From the NCBI GenBank assembly GCA_035492735.1, contig DATJIZ010000036.1, forward strand, positions 1 through 57,102: a stretch of 57,102 nt of DNA, in the 5' to 3' direction. Below the pieces are notes generated by a model. The model made no database searches and was not told where the DNA came from. It saw only the letters and a list, made by a program, of their open reading frames with translations. The position numbers were made by a program, and so were the translations under genes. How positions within the stretch are numbered: the first letter of the stretch is position 1; every line of letters begins with the position of its first letter. Positions 29,791 through 38,720 of this stretch are shown in pieces. Source of the DNA: Gemmatimonadaceae bacterium. Its GTDB lineage: Bacteria; Gemmatimonadota; Gemmatimonadetes; Gemmatimonadales; Gemmatimonadaceae.

Positions 29791-30161
29791 GCTGATTGCG
29801 AGAGCGTGAACGCGTTCGCCACGTGTCGAATGCGCACCCGATCGCCCTGGAGCAATACCCCGATCACGTCGAACCGGTACGACTCACTGGGCCTCCCGTG
29901 GCGATCGATCCAGACTGACGCCGATCGCGCTAACTCCTTTTGCTTGGCCCAGTTCACCGCCTCGACGGGATCGCCGAACTCCCGCCCTCGCCGAGCTTTT
30001 ACCTCGACGAACACCACCGTCCCGTCTCGCTCGACGACCAGATCGATGTCGCGATGGCCGTTCCGGAATCGGCGCTGGACGACCCTCCATCCGTGCCGCT
30101 TGAGCCATCGCTCCGCGATCCGTTCCCCGAGCTCGCCGAACTGCTGCGTAGCCGCTGACAT
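29787..30161 (-). CDS. yraN: YraN family (UPF0102) endonuclease-like protein
   Basis: [50 protein letters not shown] is the typical YraN core. 124 aa. Confidence 0.8.
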   Translation of the reverse strand: MSAATQQFGELGERIAERWLKRHGWRVVQRRFRNGHRDIDLVVERDGTVVFVEVKARRGREFGDPVEAVNWAKQKELARSASVWIDRHGRPSESYRFDVIGVLLQGDRVRIRHVANAFTLSQSA

Positions 30162-30286
30162 GGGCCGAACCTAGAGCGGCTCGGTCCGCCGAGCATCACC
30201 GTTTGGACGCGGTCAGGATCATCTTCGCGCGCGACCGCACCGGCGCTCCGCGCGGCTTCCGGGCAGCGCCACTGACCTGTCTGGCT

Positions 30287-31024
30287 TCAGCGGGCGATTC
30301 GCGCCAGGGAGCTGACGTATTGGGCGCCACCGAGGGCCGGAACGTCGAGCGTGCTCCGTACCACGATCGGATCCTGCTTGGTGACCCAGAACAGGCCGCG
30401 CGACACGTCCGTGTGCACCGACACCACCCAACAGTCGAAGTCACCGGCGCCAACGTGAACACGATCTTCGCCGATCACCGCCAGCCTGGTCGGATACAAC
30501 ACCAGCCCGCTGAGCGAGAGCGATAGTGTCGTCGTGGAATCTTCCCACGCCGGTTGCAGCGGCAGGAGGCGGAGCACCGTCTCGAGCATCGCGGTGCTGG
30601 CAATCGTTCGCGGCGGCACGGCTCCGATCACCGAACGGCGACCCTGCGGCGCGCTCGCGCCCGCGTACACGGTGTCTCCCTGGAACTCGGCCGCGAGCTT
30701 CGCCTGGCCAATCGTGGAGCTCCAGTGCATCGGGCGAAGCGTGGCGGGATCGACGTAGAGCGAGTCGGCTCCAGGGACCGCGTCGCCAGTCCGGGTCTCG
30801 AGCAGCAACCAGGCGGGCGTCCCAGCGATCGCCGACTGGCTCACATTCACCGTGCGTGTGCCGAGTGGAGTGGTGGACGCGTCGCGTTCCAGGCTGGTTT
30901 CGTAAACAAAGATGCCCGGGCGAAGCGCCGCGACGTCGAGCGGCGGGCGGTGGACTGTCGTGTCGGCCTGCGCGTGCAGAACGGTGGCCGACGCCAGCAG
31001 TAGAATAATGAGGCGGCCGGGCAC
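30287..31024 (-). CDS. Hypothetical secreted protein (245 aa)
   Basis: A GTG at 31024 lies 1 nt after the ftsK stop. It has a signal peptide (GRLIILLLASATVLHAQA) and a beta-rich body. The remainder of track ORF 30287..31450 overlaps ftsK. Confidence 0.6.
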   Translation of the reverse strand: MPGRLIILLLASATVLHAQADTTVHRPPLDVAALRPGIFVYETSLERDASTTPLGTRTVNVSQSAIAGTPAWLLLETRTGDAVPGADSLYVDPATLRPMHWSSTIGQAKLAAEFQGDTVYAGASAPQGRRSVIGAVPPRTIASTAMLETVLRLLPLQPAWEDSTTTLSLSLSGLVLYPTRLAVIGEDRVHVGAGDFDCWVVSVHTDVSRGLFWVTKQDPIVVRSTLDVPALGGAQYVSSLARIAR

Positions 31025-31025
31025 G

Positions 31026-33389
31026 CTACGCGCGCGGGCCACAGATTCGGTCCACTTCGTCGAGGCCGATGAGAACGTCTCGCGGCTTGGAGCCGTCCGG
31101 CGGTCCGAGAACGCCGGCCGCATGCAGTTGATCGATGATACGTGCTGCCCGCCCATATCCCACCTTGAGGCGCCGCTGCAGCAGTGAAGTCGAGCCTCCC
31201 TGATTCTGGACGACCACTTCCGCCGCCTCGCGGAACAACTTGTCGCGATCGCCGACGTCTCCACCTTCGCCGTCCGCCAGACCGGCCTCGAGTGCTTCCC
31301 GCTGGCGAACCGCCTCCAGAATGTCTGGCTCCGTCTCGATCGGCTCTTCCAGCACGAGGCCCTGTTCAGCCAGGGCTCGGCGTTTGGCGTCGCGTACTCC
31401 CTGATACCACTGCATGAGGCGTTCGGTGTCCTCGCTGGACAGGAACGCACCCTGGAGACGCGCCGGCTCGGACTTGCCGGGCGGAATGAACAGCATGTCC
31501 CCGTTCCCGAGCAGCATCTCGGCGCCCGAGCCGTCGATGATCGTCCGGCTATCCACCTGCGATGCCACGCGGAACGCGATCCGGCTCGGAAAATTTGCCT
31601 TGATCAGGCCCGTGATCACGTTCACGCTGGGCCGCTGCGTGGCGAGGATCAGGTGGATGCCGATCGCGCGCGCCTTCTGCGCCAGCTTGGCGATCGGTGT
31701 CTCGACCTCACCCTGGACGGTCATCATCAGATCCGCCATCTCGTCGATGATCACGACGATGTACGGCAGAATGCTTCCCTTGTACGTCGTGTCCTCGAAG
31801 GCGACGTCGGGCCGCCGTGGCAGCTTGAGCGCTGCGCCATCCTGCACGCGCTTGTTGAATTCCTGGATGTTCCGGCAGCCGTTCGCCGCCAGCAGCTCGT
31901 AACGCTCCTGCATCTCGAGCTCGGCCCACTTGAGCACTGAGGCCGCGTCCCGATTGTCGGTAATGACCTTGTGCCGCAGGTGCGGAAGCGTGTTGTACAC
32001 CGACAGCTCGACCATCTTGGGGTCGACCATCAGGAAGCGAAGCGTCCTCGGCGTGTGGCGATATACGAGGCTCGTGATGATCGTGTTCACACAGACGGAT
32101 TTTCCCGAGCCGGTCGCGCCCGCGATGAGCAGGTGCGGCATCTTTGCCAGATCCGCGATGACCGGTTTGCCCTCGAGGTCTTTGCCGAGCACGATCGGCA
32201 GTGCGGCACGCGCGGCCTGAAAGTCGCGCGTCTCGACCAGCTCGCGGAACGAGACGATCTCGGAGACCGGATTCGGCACCTCGATACCCACGGCTCCTCG
32301 GCCGGGGATCGGCGCCACGACGCGGATCGACTGCGCTCGCATGGCAAGCGCTAGGTCGTTCGAGAGGTTTGCGAACTGTCGGACCTTCACGCCCGGCGCC
32401 GGCTCGATCTCGAATTGCGTTACGACCGGGCCCGTGGTGCGACCGATCAACGTGCCATCGACGCGGAACGTACGGAGCGCCTCCATGAGCTTGACGCCCA
32501 TGTCGTCGAGGCCTCTGTCGTTCGCGTCCGTGTTGCGGGGCGGCGGTTCCTTGAGAAGGGACGGCGACGGCAGATCCTCGCCGGTCACGTCGACGTACGC
32601 TGTGGCTTCGATGGCTGCCGCGATCTCGGCATCGTGCTCGGCGGCGGCTTCGGATCGTGACCGCTTCTTGCGCTTTCCGGAACCGCGCCCGTCCAGGTCG
32701 CCCGAAATGCCGGCGGCCGTCGCGTCGATCGCGGGCATTTCGTCCGGCGGCGGCTCGAGGGCGAGGGCGATGTCCGCCGCACGTTCGAGCTCTGCGTCCG
32801 CACCGGCCGATCGACGCCGGCGGCGAGACGGGAGCTCGACCGCGCCGTCTTCCGCCACTCCTTCACCGATCATCGGCACCGGCGGTCCGATCAAGGCACG
32901 AATGGGGTTCCAAGCGAGCGTCGCCGCCATCAGCGCCGATGCCGCCAGCGCCACGATGACCCACGCGCCGATCGCGCCGAACCAGCCCGACCACCACGCT
33001 GCGACGAGTCCGCCCCAAAGGCCGGCCACCGGGCTCGGCCCTTCGGGTCGCTGCGCAACGAGGCCGGTAAGGGCGAGCGCGACCGGCAAAAGCACGACCA
33101 CGCCCGCGAAGAAGATCATCCACGAACGGTCCGTTCTCGACTCGAGACGGCCGAACAGGCGGAGTGCGTGCACCGCCGGTACGAGCGGAACGAGGAACGC
33201 CGCGGGCCAACCGAGCAAGCTCACCAATGGGCTGGCGAGCAGGCGACCGACCCAGCCAACGCTCGCCTCCACGCGCACGCCGGAGCGCACCTGCGCGACG
33301 GCGAAAGCGATGAGTGCAGCGGCGAGGAATACCGAAAAGAGCGACAGCGCGATGCCGAGCAGCTCGCGCTTGAGGGAGGAACTGCCCAC
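31026..33389 (-). CDS. ftsK: DNA translocase FtsK/SpoIIIE
   Basis: N-terminal TM segments, a charged linker, the motor domain (LIAGATGSGKSVCVNTII, VVIIDEMADLM, GIHLILATQRPSV) and a C-terminal gamma winged helix (LLQRRLKVGYGRAARIIDQL). The GTG start at 33389 is 4 nt after the upstream stop. Confidence 0.9.
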   Translation of the reverse strand: MGSSSLKRELLGIALSLFSVFLAAALIAFAVAQVRSGVRVEASVGWVGRLLASPLVSLLGWPAAFLVPLVPAVHALRLFGRLESRTDRSWMIFFAGVVVLLPVALALTGLVAQRPEGPSPVAGLWGGLVAAWWSGWFGAIGAWVIVALAASALMAATLAWNPIRALIGPPVPMIGEGVAEDGAVELPSRRRRRSAGADAELERAADIALALEPPPDEMPAIDATAAGISGDLDGRGSGKRKKRSRSEAAAEHDAEIAAAIEATAYVDVTGEDLPSPSLLKEPPPRNTDANDRGLDDMGVKLMEALRTFRVDGTLIGRTTGPVVTQFEIEPAPGVKVRQFANLSNDLALAMRAQSIRVVAPIPGRGAVGIEVPNPVSEIVSFRELVETRDFQAARAALPIVLGKDLEGKPVIADLAKMPHLLIAGATGSGKSVCVNTIITSLVYRHTPRTLRFLMVDPKMVELSVYNTLPHLRHKVITDNRDAASVLKWAELEMQERYELLAANGCRNIQEFNKRVQDGAALKLPRRPDVAFEDTTYKGSILPYIVVIIDEMADLMMTVQGEVETPIAKLAQKARAIGIHLILATQRPSVNVITGLIKANFPSRIAFRVASQVDSRTIIDGSGAEMLLGNGDMLFIPPGKSEPARLQGAFLSSEDTERLMQWYQGVRDAKRRALAEQGLVLEEPIETEPDILEAVRQREALEAGLADGEGGDVGDRDKLFREAAEVVVQNQGGSTSLLQRRLKVGYGRAARIIDQLHAAGVLGPPDGSKPRDVLIGLDEVDRICGPRA

Positions 33390-33393
33390 TGAT

Positions 33394-34140
33394 TTACCGC
33401 TCGCGGTCTGGTCCGAGCTTGGTGATCTGTCGATCCTGATACAACGGGATGACGGGGAAGGAATCAATCGCGGCGCACGCCTTCAGATCATCGCCGAACC
33501 CTGCCTCCTGCAGCGCCCGACCATGCTCCGAAGCTTCGAACAGTCGTAGCAAGTCGTGGTCGAACCTTCGATCGATCAGTGCGGATGCCTCCGCCGCATC
33601 GTTCAATTCGACGTCCGACAGCTGTTGCGACATGGTGTACACGTAGCGCCCGGCACATCCGGCGTCCTCGAGCGCGAATTGCCGCTCGCGTCCCGCGCAC
33701 ACCAGGGTTACGTCGGCCCCACCACGCAGCGCGGTCCGCAGCATCGTATGCACCGCAGTGTAGTTGACGTACGACGCAACGACCACGTCACGAGCGCCCG
33801 GAAGGCTGGTGATGGTCGCCGTGCCGTTGGTCGTGGTCATGAGGACCGTTTTGCCCTCGACCGCCGCCCGCGTGAACTCGCGCGGCGAGTTACCGAGATC
33901 GAATCCGGGAATCGGGCGCATCCTGCGCTCGCCGGTAAGCCGAACGTCGCTCCGCTCGAACGCCTTGGCCCGCATGACCGCTTCGTCGGGGCTTTCGACG
34001 GGCACCACCGCCCGCGCGCCGTTGGCCAGCGCGGCGGCAATCGAGCTCGACGCGCGCAGCACGTCGATCACGGCCACGACGCGTCCATTGAGCTCCGCCG
34101 GCGTCAGCGCGCTTGCGCCGAACACCACGTCGAGGCGCAC
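33394..34140 (-). CDS. 2-phosphosulfolactate phosphatase (ComB) family protein
   Basis: VVAVIDVLRASSSIAAALANGA, GERRMRPIPGFDLGNSP and LMTTTNGT match the ComB family. The GTG start directly abuts the accC stop. Confidence 0.72.
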   Translation of the reverse strand: MRLDVVFGASALTPAELNGRVVAVIDVLRASSSIAAALANGARAVVPVESPDEAVMRAKAFERSDVRLTGERRMRPIPGFDLGNSPREFTRAAVEGKTVLMTTTNGTATITSLPGARDVVVASYVNYTAVHTMLRTALRGGADVTLVCAGRERQFALEDAGCAGRYVYTMSQQLSDVELNDAAEASALIDRRFDHDLLRLFEASEHGRALQEAGFGDDLKACAAIDSFPVIPLYQDRQITKLGPDRER

Positions 34141-35496
34141 CTACGCCGGCTCCTTGAACAGATCGGTCTCGCGTTCGAGGAATTTCGTGTCGACCTCGCC
34201 CGCGACGAAGCGCGGGTTCTGCATCACGCGAGCGAGGAACGGAATGGTCGTCGTCACGCCCTCGATGATAAAGCCGTCGAGCGCAACGTGCATTCGTGCG
34301 ATCGCTTCCGCGCGGTCGCGGCCCTGACAGATGAGCTTGGCGAGCAGAGAGTCGTAGTACGGTGGAACCGTATAGCCGTCGTAGACGTGCGTATCGAGGC
34401 GGACGCCCGGTCCGCCTGGCGGATGAAAGGCGAGGATCTTTCCCGGCGACGGCTGGAAGTTGCGCGCCGGGTCTTCGGCATTCACGCGCACCTCGATTAC
34501 GTGCCCTCTGAGCGGTGGCAGCTCGCTCACGCTGAGCTTCTCGCCCGCCGCCACCCGAATCTGTTCCTTGACCAGGTCGATGCCGGTCAGCATCTCGGTC
34601 ACCGGATGCTCCACCTGGATGCGGGTGTTCATCTCCATGAAGAAATACGAGCCGTCCTCGTCGAGCAGCATCTCGATCGTGCCGGCGCCGACGTAGTCGA
34701 TCGCCTTGGCGCCGGCCACGGCGGCATCGCCCATCTTCTTGCGAAGCGGCGGGGTCACCGCCGGGCTGGGCGCTTCCTCGATGAGCTTTTGGTGCCGGCG
34801 CTGCACCGAGCAGTCGCGCTCGCCCAGGTGGATCACGTTGCCGTACGTGTCGCCCAGGATCTGAAACTCGATGTGCCGGGGTCGGGCCAGATACTTCTCG
34901 ACGTAGACGTCGCCGTTGCCGAACGCCGACAGCGCCTCGGAGCGCGCGAGTTGAAACGAGCGCGCGAAATCGTCCGGGTCGCGCGCCACGCGCATGCCTT
35001 TGCCGCCGCCGCCGGCCGCCGCCTTGATGATGACCGGAAAGCCGATCGCGCGGGCGAACTCGAGCGCCTCGTCGACGTCTTCGACCGGCCCCGGGGTGCC
35101 CGGCACGATGGGGACGCCGACCCGCATCATCGCCGAGCGCGCCGCCGCCTTGTCGCCCATCACGCGAATCTGATCGCCGGTCGGCCCGATGAAGGCGATC
35201 TTGGATGCGGCACAGATGTCCGCGAACTCCGCGTTCTCCGCCAGGAAGCCGTAGCCCGGGTGGATCGCGTCGGCGCCCGTGATCTCGGCCGCGGCGATCA
35301 GCCGCGGAATGTTCAGGTACGAATCCCGAGCCGGCGGCGGGCCGATGCAGACGTCGTCGTCGGCGAACCGGACGTGGAGGGACTCACGGTCTGCCTCCGA
35401 GTAGACGGCAACCGTCTGGACGCCAAGCTCGCGGCAGGCGCGGATCACGCGCAGCGCGATCTCGCCCCGGTTGGCGATCAGGACTTTGTTGAACAT
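34141..35496 (-). CDS. accC: Acetyl-CoA carboxylase biotin carboxylase subunit
   Basis: [33 protein letters not shown] and [14 protein letters not shown]. 451 aa. Confidence 0.95.
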   Translation of the reverse strand: MFNKVLIANRGEIALRVIRACRELGVQTVAVYSEADRESLHVRFADDDVCIGPPPARDSYLNIPRLIAAAEITGADAIHPGYGFLAENAEFADICAASKIAFIGPTGDQIRVMGDKAAARSAMMRVGVPIVPGTPGPVEDVDEALEFARAIGFPVIIKAAAGGGGKGMRVARDPDDFARSFQLARSEALSAFGNGDVYVEKYLARPRHIEFQILGDTYGNVIHLGERDCSVQRRHQKLIEEAPSPAVTPPLRKKMGDAAVAGAKAIDYVGAGTIEMLLDEDGSYFFMEMNTRIQVEHPVTEMLTGIDLVKEQIRVAAGEKLSVSELPPLRGHVIEVRVNAEDPARNFQPSPGKILAFHPPGGPGVRLDTHVYDGYTVPPYYDSLLAKLICQGRDRAEAIARMHVALDGFIIEGVTTTIPFLARVMQNPRFVAGEVDTKFLERETDLFKEPA

Positions 35497-36677
35497 CAGT
35501 GCTTTTTAGGATCGCCTTCGAACCCCGACCACGACGTGTCGCTCGTCCCGGAGACGCCTTGCACGCGCAGCGCGAATTCGGCCGGGCTGGTGGCGTAGAA
35601 CATCGCGCTCTCGTACGAGATGGCACCGCTCGAGTACAGCTGCATCAGCGACTGGTCGAAGTTCTGCATTCCGTACTGCACCGTGCCTTCCTTGATCAGC
35701 TCCGGAATGTTGAGCGCTTTCTCCATGTCGCGGATGTTGTCGCGCACCGCCGCGGTGTTGATGAGGATCTCGCACGCCGGGATCCGGCCGGCCATGTCCG
35801 CTCGCGGCACGAGCCGAAGGGAGACGACTGCGGCCAGCGCGCTGGCGAGCGAAAACCGCACCTCGCCGGCCTGATGCGGTGGATAGAACGACAGCACGCG
35901 ATTGATCGTCTGCGTCGCGTCGGTCGTGTGGAGCGTCGAGAACACGAGGTGGCCGGTGTCGGCCGCCTTGAGCGCGGTGTCCAGCGTTTCGAGATCTCGA
36001 ATTTCGCCGATGAGGATGACGTCGGGATCCTGACGCAGCACGCGCCGCAGCGCCTGGCCGAAGGTCGCCGTATCGGTGCCGACCTCGCGCTGGTTGATGT
36101 GGCTGTTGACGTCGCGGTGCAGGAACTCGATCGGATCTTCGATCGTGATGATGTTGGCTCGGCGGTGCTGATTGATGTGCTGGATCATCGCCGCCAGCGT
36201 CGTCGATTTTCCCGAGCCGGTCACGCCCGTGACGAGCACGAGGCCGCGCGGCTTCATCGCGATCTCCTGCAGCACCGTCGGCAGGTTCAGCTCGTCGATC
36301 GTGCGCGCCTGGTACGGGATGGCGCGCATCGCGTAGCAGAGCGAGCCACGCTGCTGATACAGGTTGACGCGGAACCGGCCGATGCCCGGCACGCCGATCG
36401 CGAAGTCGCACTCCTTCTCTTCGGCGAACATGTTGACCTGGCGCGGCGTCATCAGCTGCTCGGCGAGGCTCTTCAAGTCCTCGGGCCGGAGCGGTGGATG
36501 ATCGATCGGCTCGAGCGCCCCATCGACGCGAATCGTCGGTGGGCGGCCCACCTTGAGGTGCAGGTCCGAGCCGTTTCGCCGGATCATCTCCTGCAGCACG
36601 GACTTGAAGTTGATGCCGCCATGCGATGGCGGCGCGAGTGGCGCGCCGGCGCCCTGCGTCTGCGTGGTATTAGCCAT
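35496..36677 (-). CDS. pilT: Type IV pilus twitching-motility (retraction) ATPase family protein, PilT/PilU-like
   Basis: Walker [22 protein letters not shown], Walker B/Asp box [13 protein letters not shown], and His box [12 protein letters not shown]. 393 aa. Its ATG lies 8 nt inside accB, and its TGA shares a base with the accC ATG. Confidence 0.88.
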   Translation of the reverse strand: MANTTQTQGAGAPLAPPSHGGINFKSVLQEMIRRNGSDLHLKVGRPPTIRVDGALEPIDHPPLRPEDLKSLAEQLMTPRQVNMFAEEKECDFAIGVPGIGRFRVNLYQQRGSLCYAMRAIPYQARTIDELNLPTVLQEIAMKPRGLVLVTGVTGSGKSTTLAAMIQHINQHRRANIITIEDPIEFLHRDVNSHINQREVGTDTATFGQALRRVLRQDPDVILIGEIRDLETLDTALKAADTGHLVFSTLHTTDATQTINRVLSFYPPHQAGEVRFSLASALAAVVSLRLVPRADMAGRIPACEILINTAAVRDNIRDMEKALNIPELIKEGTVQYGMQNFDQSLMQLYSSGAISYESAMFYATSPAEFALRVQGVSGTSDTSWSGFEGDPKKH

Positions 36678-37176
36678 TGGGATCGATCTTGAACAGCACT
36701 TGGCCGTATTCGACGGGTTGTGCGTCTTCCACGAGGATCTCGCGGACCACGCCCGAGTATTCCGATTCGATCTCGTTCATGATCTTCATCGCCTCGATGA
36801 TGCAGACGATCTGGCCCTTCGAGACGCGATCGCCGACCGACACGTACGCCTTGGCGCCCGGCTCGGGCGACTTGTAGAACGTCCCGACCATCGGCGACTT
36901 GACCTCCAGCCCGGCGGATTTGGCCGGCTCGGGCGCGGCCGCAACTTCCGGCTCGGCGACGACCGGCACCCCCTGCGCGGGCGACAGGCGCCCCGCCGGT
37001 GCCGCGGGCACCATCGTTTGCATCGGGAGCGGCGAGGCGACCTGCATCGCGCCACGCTGCTGCGGACTCTTGGAGATGCGGATCTTTATCCCCTTGTCCG
37101 AGGTTATCTCGATCGAGTCGACGGTGGATTCGTCGATGATGTCGATCAGCTTCTTGACGTACCGTAGATCGATCAT
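36670..37176 (-). CDS. accB: Acetyl-CoA carboxylase biotin carboxyl carrier protein
   Basis: Pro/Ala linker followed by the biotinyl domain with the [10 protein letters not shown] motif. 168 aa. Confidence 0.9.
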   Translation of the reverse strand: MIDLRYVKKLIDIIDESTVDSIEITSDKGIKIRISKSPQQRGAMQVASPLPMQTMVPAAPAGRLSPAQGVPVVAEPEVAAAPEPAKSAGLEVKSPMVGTFYKSPEPGAKAYVSVGDRVSKGQIVCIIEAMKIMNEIESEYSGVVREILVEDAQPVEYGQVLFKIDPNG

Positions 37177-37198
37177 AGGTGTGTTAGGGTCGCACCGC

Positions 37199-38287
37199 TC
37201 ACCCGAGCTCGATCAGCTCGTGCGTGAATCCCGTGAGGATCCTCGGACCGTCCGCCGCGAGAAACACGTCGTCCTCGATGCGCACGCCGCCCCATCCTGC
37301 CCGGTAGATCCCCGGCTCGATCGTTATTACCGCACCCTCGGCGAGCGCGCCGTCCGCCGTGCGCGCCAATCGCGGCGCTTCGTGCACCTCCAACCCCAGA
37401 CCGTGGCCCAGGCTGTGCCCGAACAGCTCGCCGAATCCGCGCTGCTCAATGTAGTCTCGCGCGATTGCGTCGGCATCCCGTCCGCTCATCCCGGCGCGCA
37501 CCTGTCGCGAAGCGCTCTCGTTCGCGGTGCGCACGATGTCGTAGATCTCGCGTTGCTCGGACGCGGCGTGGCCGACGACAAACGTTCGCGTCACGTCGGC
37601 GCAGTACCCGCCGAGTTCAGCGCCGAAGTCCAGCAAAAGGAACTCGCCGGCCGCCACGCGCCGTTCCGTCGACCGTGCATGCGGGAGCGCCGAGCGCGGA
37701 CCAGAGGCGACGATCGACGGGAATGGAAAGCCCTCACTGCCCTCATCACGCAGCGCCTTCTCGAGCACACCCGCGATCTCGAGCTCACTCATCCCGGCCC
37801 GTACCTGCGGCAGCGTACGCTCGAGCGCGCGCGTGGCGATCCCGTTCGCGGTTTCGATGAGGGCAACCTCGTGCTCGTCCTTGCGCTCGCGCAGCGTCTC
37901 GACCAGGTCGAGCGTGGGACGCCACTGGCAGCGTGCTCCCGCCTCCAGCAGTCGCTGAAAGTCGCGGTGCAGCAGATGCGCTGACTCGAAGCCGGCGACC
38001 TCCACATAGGCCAGCTGGCCGAGCTGCTGCCACAAACCACTCCACAGGCTTTGCGGCTCGATGACGATGCGCGCGAGATCGCCGACTTCTTCGGCAACCT
38101 GCGTCTGATAGCGAAAATCCGTGATCAGCACGACGTCGCGGTGCGTGACGAACAGCAAGGCGCTCGACCCCGAGAAGCCCGTGAGATAGCGAATGTTCGG
38201 CACGCTCGTCACGAGCAAGCCGTCCACGTGCGCGGCCGTGAGGCCGTCAGCAAGCGCCGCGATGCGCCGCGCGCGCGCTTCAGACAC
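37199..38287 (-). CDS. Xaa-Pro aminopeptidase (M24B family)
   Basis: Creatinase-like N-domain plus M24 metal ligands ([35 protein letters not shown]). GTG start at 38287. Confidence 0.85.
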   Translation of the reverse strand: MSEARARRIAALADGLTAAHVDGLLVTSVPNIRYLTGFSGSSALLFVTHRDVVLITDFRYQTQVAEEVGDLARIVIEPQSLWSGLWQQLGQLAYVEVAGFESAHLLHRDFQRLLEAGARCQWRPTLDLVETLRERKDEHEVALIETANGIATRALERTLPQVRAGMSELEIAGVLEKALRDEGSEGFPFPSIVASGPRSALPHARSTERRVAAGEFLLLDFGAELGGYCADVTRTFVVGHAASEQREIYDIVRTANESASRQVRAGMSGRDADAIARDYIEQRGFGELFGHSLGHGLGLEVHEAPRLARTADGALAEGAVITIEPGIYRAGWGGVRIEDDVFLAADGPRILTGFTHELIELG

Positions 38288-38720
38288 GGGCCGCGAGGGA
38301 GCGAGTCAGACCGCGGAGCGCCAGCTCGTAGCCGTACGTCCCCAATCCGCAGATCACGCCGACTGCGGCCGGCGCGAGCATGGAGTGCCGCCGCTCCGGC
38401 TCACGCGCGTACACGTTCGTCACGTGTACCTCGACGTACGGTACGTCGATGGCGGTCAGCGCGTCCCGAATGGCGATACTCGTGTGCGTATATGCGCCCG
38501 CGTTGATCACGACGCCGTCGATGCGGCCGCGCAACGAGTGAATCACGTCGATGAGGTCACCCTCGCCATTGCGCTGGGCGAACTCGAGGTCGGCGCCGAT
38601 CTCGCGCGCCACGTCGCGGAGCGCGTGCTCGACGTCGGCGAGCGATTCCCGCCCATAGAGCGCCGGCTCGCGCGTGCCGAGCAGGTTGAGGTTCGGGCCG
38701 TTGAGGACGGCGATCCTCAC
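38280..38720 (-). CDS. aroQ: Type II 3-dehydroquinate dehydratase
   Basis: GTG 38720 gives VRIAVLNGPNLNLLGTREPALYG...INAGAYTHTSIAIRDAL...VEVHVTNV. 146 aa. GTGA overlap with the upstream TPR gene stop. Confidence 0.9.
   Translation of the reverse strand: MRIAVLNGPNLNLLGTREPALYGRESLADVEHALRDVAREIGADLEFAQRNGEGDLIDVIHSLRGRIDGVVINAGAYTHTSIAIRDALTAIDVPYVEVHVTNVYAREPERRHSMLAPAAVGVICGLGTYGYELALRGLTRSLAARV

Noticed and set aside
33556-35598. 680-aa plus-strand ORF, the longest 'novel' ORF in the track
   Set aside because: It is antisense to the unambiguous comB-family and accC genes. The composition is Arg/His/Asp/Ala-rich, as expected for a shadow frame in high-GC DNA. I recognised no motifs.
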